26,625 nucleotides of DNA from positions 1 through 26,625 of IMG/VR virus record IMGVR_UViG_3300033067_000364, one strand, 5' to 3'. The notes under the pieces were generated by a model that was not told where the DNA came from, did not search any database, and saw only the letters and a program-made list of their open reading frames with translations. Origin of the DNA: a virus. Its lineage: Duplodnaviria; Caudoviricetes. Position 1 is the first letter of the stretch. The number at the start of each line of letters is the position of its first letter. The position numbers were made by a program, and so were the translations under genes. Below are positions 24,466-26,625 of the stretch, piece by piece.

Positions 24466-26068
24466 CTGTTTCGTTTTTTGTTTGATCCTGCATATAAGTT
24501 CCGAGCGCCATGACAATTGAGACAGGTCCGTCAACCTTGTCGCCTGATTTACCCTTGTCGATTTTAATATTTGCTGCAGGGTCTGTTCTGAGTAATATAT
24601 TCGACATCATCCATCTCGTGACTGGATTCCCGTCGTGATGAATCTCTTTTGTGTTAACAAGTCGCTCGAGCTCCTTTGTAGGTGCAGACATGGAAACAAA
24701 CCCCTGACCAAAAGGATACATCGTTAAACCTTCATTCCCTAGCTCAATGACTAGCTGAGTTGCGTTAAACCTATCGAATGCCACATCTTTAATTTCGTAG
24801 CGCTCAGATAGTTCTAATATCTTTGATTTGATAAATGAATAATCTGTGACGTTCCCGTCAGTGATTTCAATCCAACCATCGAGCCCCCATTGGCGAATTG
24901 AGACACCTATCTGATCATTGCGCCTACGAGCGGCATCGCTCGGCAGCCAATACCAAGTTTTTACTTTGTAGCCGTCGTATGGCCAAATTAAACTGAATGC
25001 GCAAAAGTCGCCCGTTGTCGCTAAATCTAATCCGCCATAACAAACGCCCATCGGCTCCTCGTCCATAAAACACTCACCCCACTTCTCATCGCTTATCCAA
25101 GTTGTGGCGGTGTCAGTCCACACGTTCAAAAGCTTTGTTTTAAATTCGACTTGCTTATGTGGTAATTCGCGAGCCTCGTTCAATCCTTCCTCGAGTTGGC
25201 GAGGGTTTACGCTTACCCCCCAATTCGGATTGGCTTTCTGCCAATTCTCGGAATTCATCCAATTGTCACCATCGTCGAGCGTGTAAATCATTGAAAATAG
25301 AGCGTCGTCGTTTATTCCGCCGCCTAGCACCTTAACACAATATTCGCGATGTTTAAAACACGCCGACTCTTTATTGAAGCCTGCTGTCGTAATCGTGAAT
25401 AGTAAAGGCTGCGACCTTGCACCCATGCTATTCCTAATAACGTTGTAAAGCTCATCATTGCTGTGCGCGTGGTATTCATCAATACAACAAAAGTGAGTGT
25501 TTAGCCCATCCTGCTTACCAGGATTCCACTCGAGCGGTCTATAGAACGACGTGCCATAATTTATGCGCCTGTTGTTAACAGAGTTGTAAACATCTACAGC
25601 ATCCTTCACCCAGTCCACTTGTTTGCAAACTCGGGCGCCCTCTGAAAATACCATCATTGCTTGATCGAGTTTAGTCGCGGCGCTGTACACCTGCGCCCCT
25701 TCCTCGCCATCGGCTATGAGTCCGTAAATCATTAACGCGTTAGAAAACGTCGACTTACCATTTTTCCGAGGAACTTCGATGTAAGCTCTCGTGAATCTTC
25801 GAGTTCCGTCAAGCTTAACAAATCCGAAAATATTGGCAACAATAAAATGCTGCCACGATTCAAGCTGAAATTTTTTCCCAGCATATAAACCGACAGTGTG
25901 TTCAAGCTCTTCAATAAATGTGACGGCGTGTTCATATAAATCAGAATCGAATGAAATATCTGAGCGCAACAAATCTGCCTCAAATCGCTTGCACGCGTTA
26001 ACAACGTGCTTGCACGCTTTCACTCGTCCGCTCAGGACATCCTTACAATATTGGATCGCTCTGCTCAC
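24437..26068 (-). CDS. terL: Terminase large subunit
   Basis: LESWQ, VPRKNGKST, IDEYH, ITTAG, WQKANP, GGLDLA, KVDG.V. Confidence 0.97.
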   Translation of the reverse strand: MSRAIQYCKDVLSGRVKACKHVVNACKRFEADLLRSDISFDSDLYEHAVTFIEELEHTVGLYAGKKFQLESWQHFIVANIFGFVKLDGTRRFTRAYIEVPRKNGKSTFSNALMIYGLIADGEEGAQVYSAATKLDQAMMVFSEGARVCKQVDWVKDAVDVYNSVNNRRINYGTSFYRPLEWNPGKQDGLNTHFCCIDEYHAHSNDELYNVIRNSMGARSQPLLFTITTAGFNKESACFKHREYCVKVLGGGINDDALFSMIYTLDDGDNWMNSENWQKANPNWGVSVNPRQLEEGLNEARELPHKQVEFKTKLLNVWTDTATTWISDEKWGECFMDEEPMGVCYGGLDLATTGDFCAFSLIWPYDGYKVKTWYWLPSDAARRRNDQIGVSIRQWGLDGWIEITDGNVTDYSFIKSKILELSERYEIKDVAFDRFNATQLVIELGNEGLTMYPFGQGFVSMSAPTKELERLVNTKEIHHDGNPVTRWMMSNILLRTDPAANIKIDKGKSGDKVDGPVSIVMALGTYMQDQTKNETDAELWFTNI

Positions 26069-26249
26069 TGGCTGTCGTAGTTCGATTCTCGAAATATTTT
26101 TTATTTAAGTTTGCCGTGTATTCGTTTCGATAAACAATTGGCTCGTGATTCCACAGCCCAAATTTATCGCACGGCTGATATTTTCCGCCGTGAGCCATCT
26201 CAATAATAAAACCGTTACCCGATTTTTTTATTCTGTACTTTCTTGCCAT
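26043..26249 (-). CDS. Hypothetical protein between terS and terL
   Basis: 68 aa; overlaps both neighbours. Confidence 0.65.
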   Translation of the reverse strand: MARKYRIKKSGNGFIIEMAHGGKYQPCDKFGLWNHEPIVYRNEYTANLNKKYFENRTTTASEQSDPIL

Positions 26250-26565
26250 TTGTCAATAGTTCTAATTTTGTGACCTTTGTTGTTTGCTTGTCTTGAATCT
26301 GAGTGAGTTGCAACTGCTTTGCTAAATCCGTTACAATTTTTAAAGATTGCTTGCGAATTGTATAAAAAGGATTAATCATTAAGTAACCGCTCGGGGCTTC
26401 TGTCACTTCATTTGATTTCGCAATTTCTTTGCACGCTCGCTCGTAAGTTTCGAGCTCGACGGCGTAAGCCTGAATCAAAACAAGGTCTACGCAGTTCTTA
26501 TTCCGAGAAAACTCCTCAAGCGTTTGGTTGTAAATTTCTAGCGCTCTTTTGTTTAAATGTTTCAT
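26215..26565 (-). CDS. terS: Terminase small subunit (P27-like)
   Basis: DLVLIQAYA...YERA...SGYLMINP...LAKQLQLT; start moved to MKHLN (26565). Confidence 0.85.
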   Translation of the reverse strand: MKHLNKRALEIYNQTLEEFSRNKNCVDLVLIQAYAVELETYERACKEIAKSNEVTEAPSGYLMINPFYTIRKQSLKIVTDLAKQLQLTQIQDKQTTKVTKLELLTNGKKVQNKKIG

Positions 26566-26581
26566 ATTTGCAACAAATATA
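26558..26581 (-). promoter_or_regulatory. terS -7 box TATATTTG (26574-26581) with a third operator copy TGTTTCATATTTGCAACA (26558-26575)
   Basis: 16/18 identity to the 7704 palindrome; overlaps the predicted start site and the ATG. Confidence 0.6.
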
Positions 26582-26625
26582 ATCAAAAACCCCCTTTTAT
26601 TGTGTTTCTTGGGTGTGAAAAAAAG

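Larger units (their letters stand above)
1..26625. mobile_element. Near-complete tailed phage genome (HK97-like siphovirus, probable Bacteroidota host)
   Basis: Complete ordered head, neck, tail, lysis, recombination and replication modules; no host genes at either edge; TAnnTTTG promoter cores. Confidence 0.95.

Noticed and set aside
1385-26108. Plus-strand and nested ORFs in the track (e.g. 1385, 2374, 3806, 5868, 9429, 12797, 15607, 16924, 22823, 25732, 25896)
   Set aside because: They lie within or opposite well-supported genes and show no motifs or expression signals
7361-26586. Longest-ORF starts in the track for ssb (7732), exonuclease (7703), holin (11021), adhesin (12385), 21011 and terS (26586)
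   Set aside because: The extensions run through promoters, hairpins or neighbouring genes; downstream ATGs fit better
26582-26625. cos site, or a fourth TTGTAACA-class box (AAGAAACA-N21) upstream of terS
   Set aside because: Position is plausible but the match is partial and the sequence is cut by the window edge
1-26625. Impression of restriction-site avoidance (CCGG looks rare)
   Set aside because: Cannot be counted reliably by eye; needs an observed/expected k-mer calculation

Overview
The window is an essentially complete, compact (~27 kb) HK97-fold siphovirus genome, opened inside a NUMOD4-HNH gene at the left edge and just upstream of terS at the right edge. Recurrent TAnnTTTG promoter cores, a general lack of Shine-Dalgarno sites and the gene families present point to a Bacteroidota host (inference). 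Almost all genes are on the minus strand. From the right end: terS, terL, portal, protease, capsid, neck, tail (with a -1 frameshifted chaperone), tape measure, tail tip, fibre and adhesin, then a membrane-protein-rich lysis cassette with a YkuD-like endolysin. Next come an inverted RecE/RecT-like module, SSB, a Cro-like HTH, an SF2 helicase, VRR-NUC, a block of small early ORFs, a DnaA-domain-IV protein, a primase-helicase and the packaging HNH. I recognised no integrase, DNA polymerase, tRNA or CRISPR array. The best unannotated signals are: (1) an array of small paralogous gene cassettes joined by a shared GGAGGTAA(C/A)A(A)ATGA junction with a perfect SD; (2) four roughly helically phased GTGTCGAAT repeats next to a phage DnaA-domain-IV gene; (3) three copies of an 18-bp operator palindrome; (4) promoters whose -7 box lies 4 nt before ATG (probably leaderless mRNAs), including a TTGTAACA class that reuses the upstream stop codon; (5) a promoter-terminator unit that would make a ~64-nt sRNA. 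All product calls come from motif recognition by eye, not database searches.
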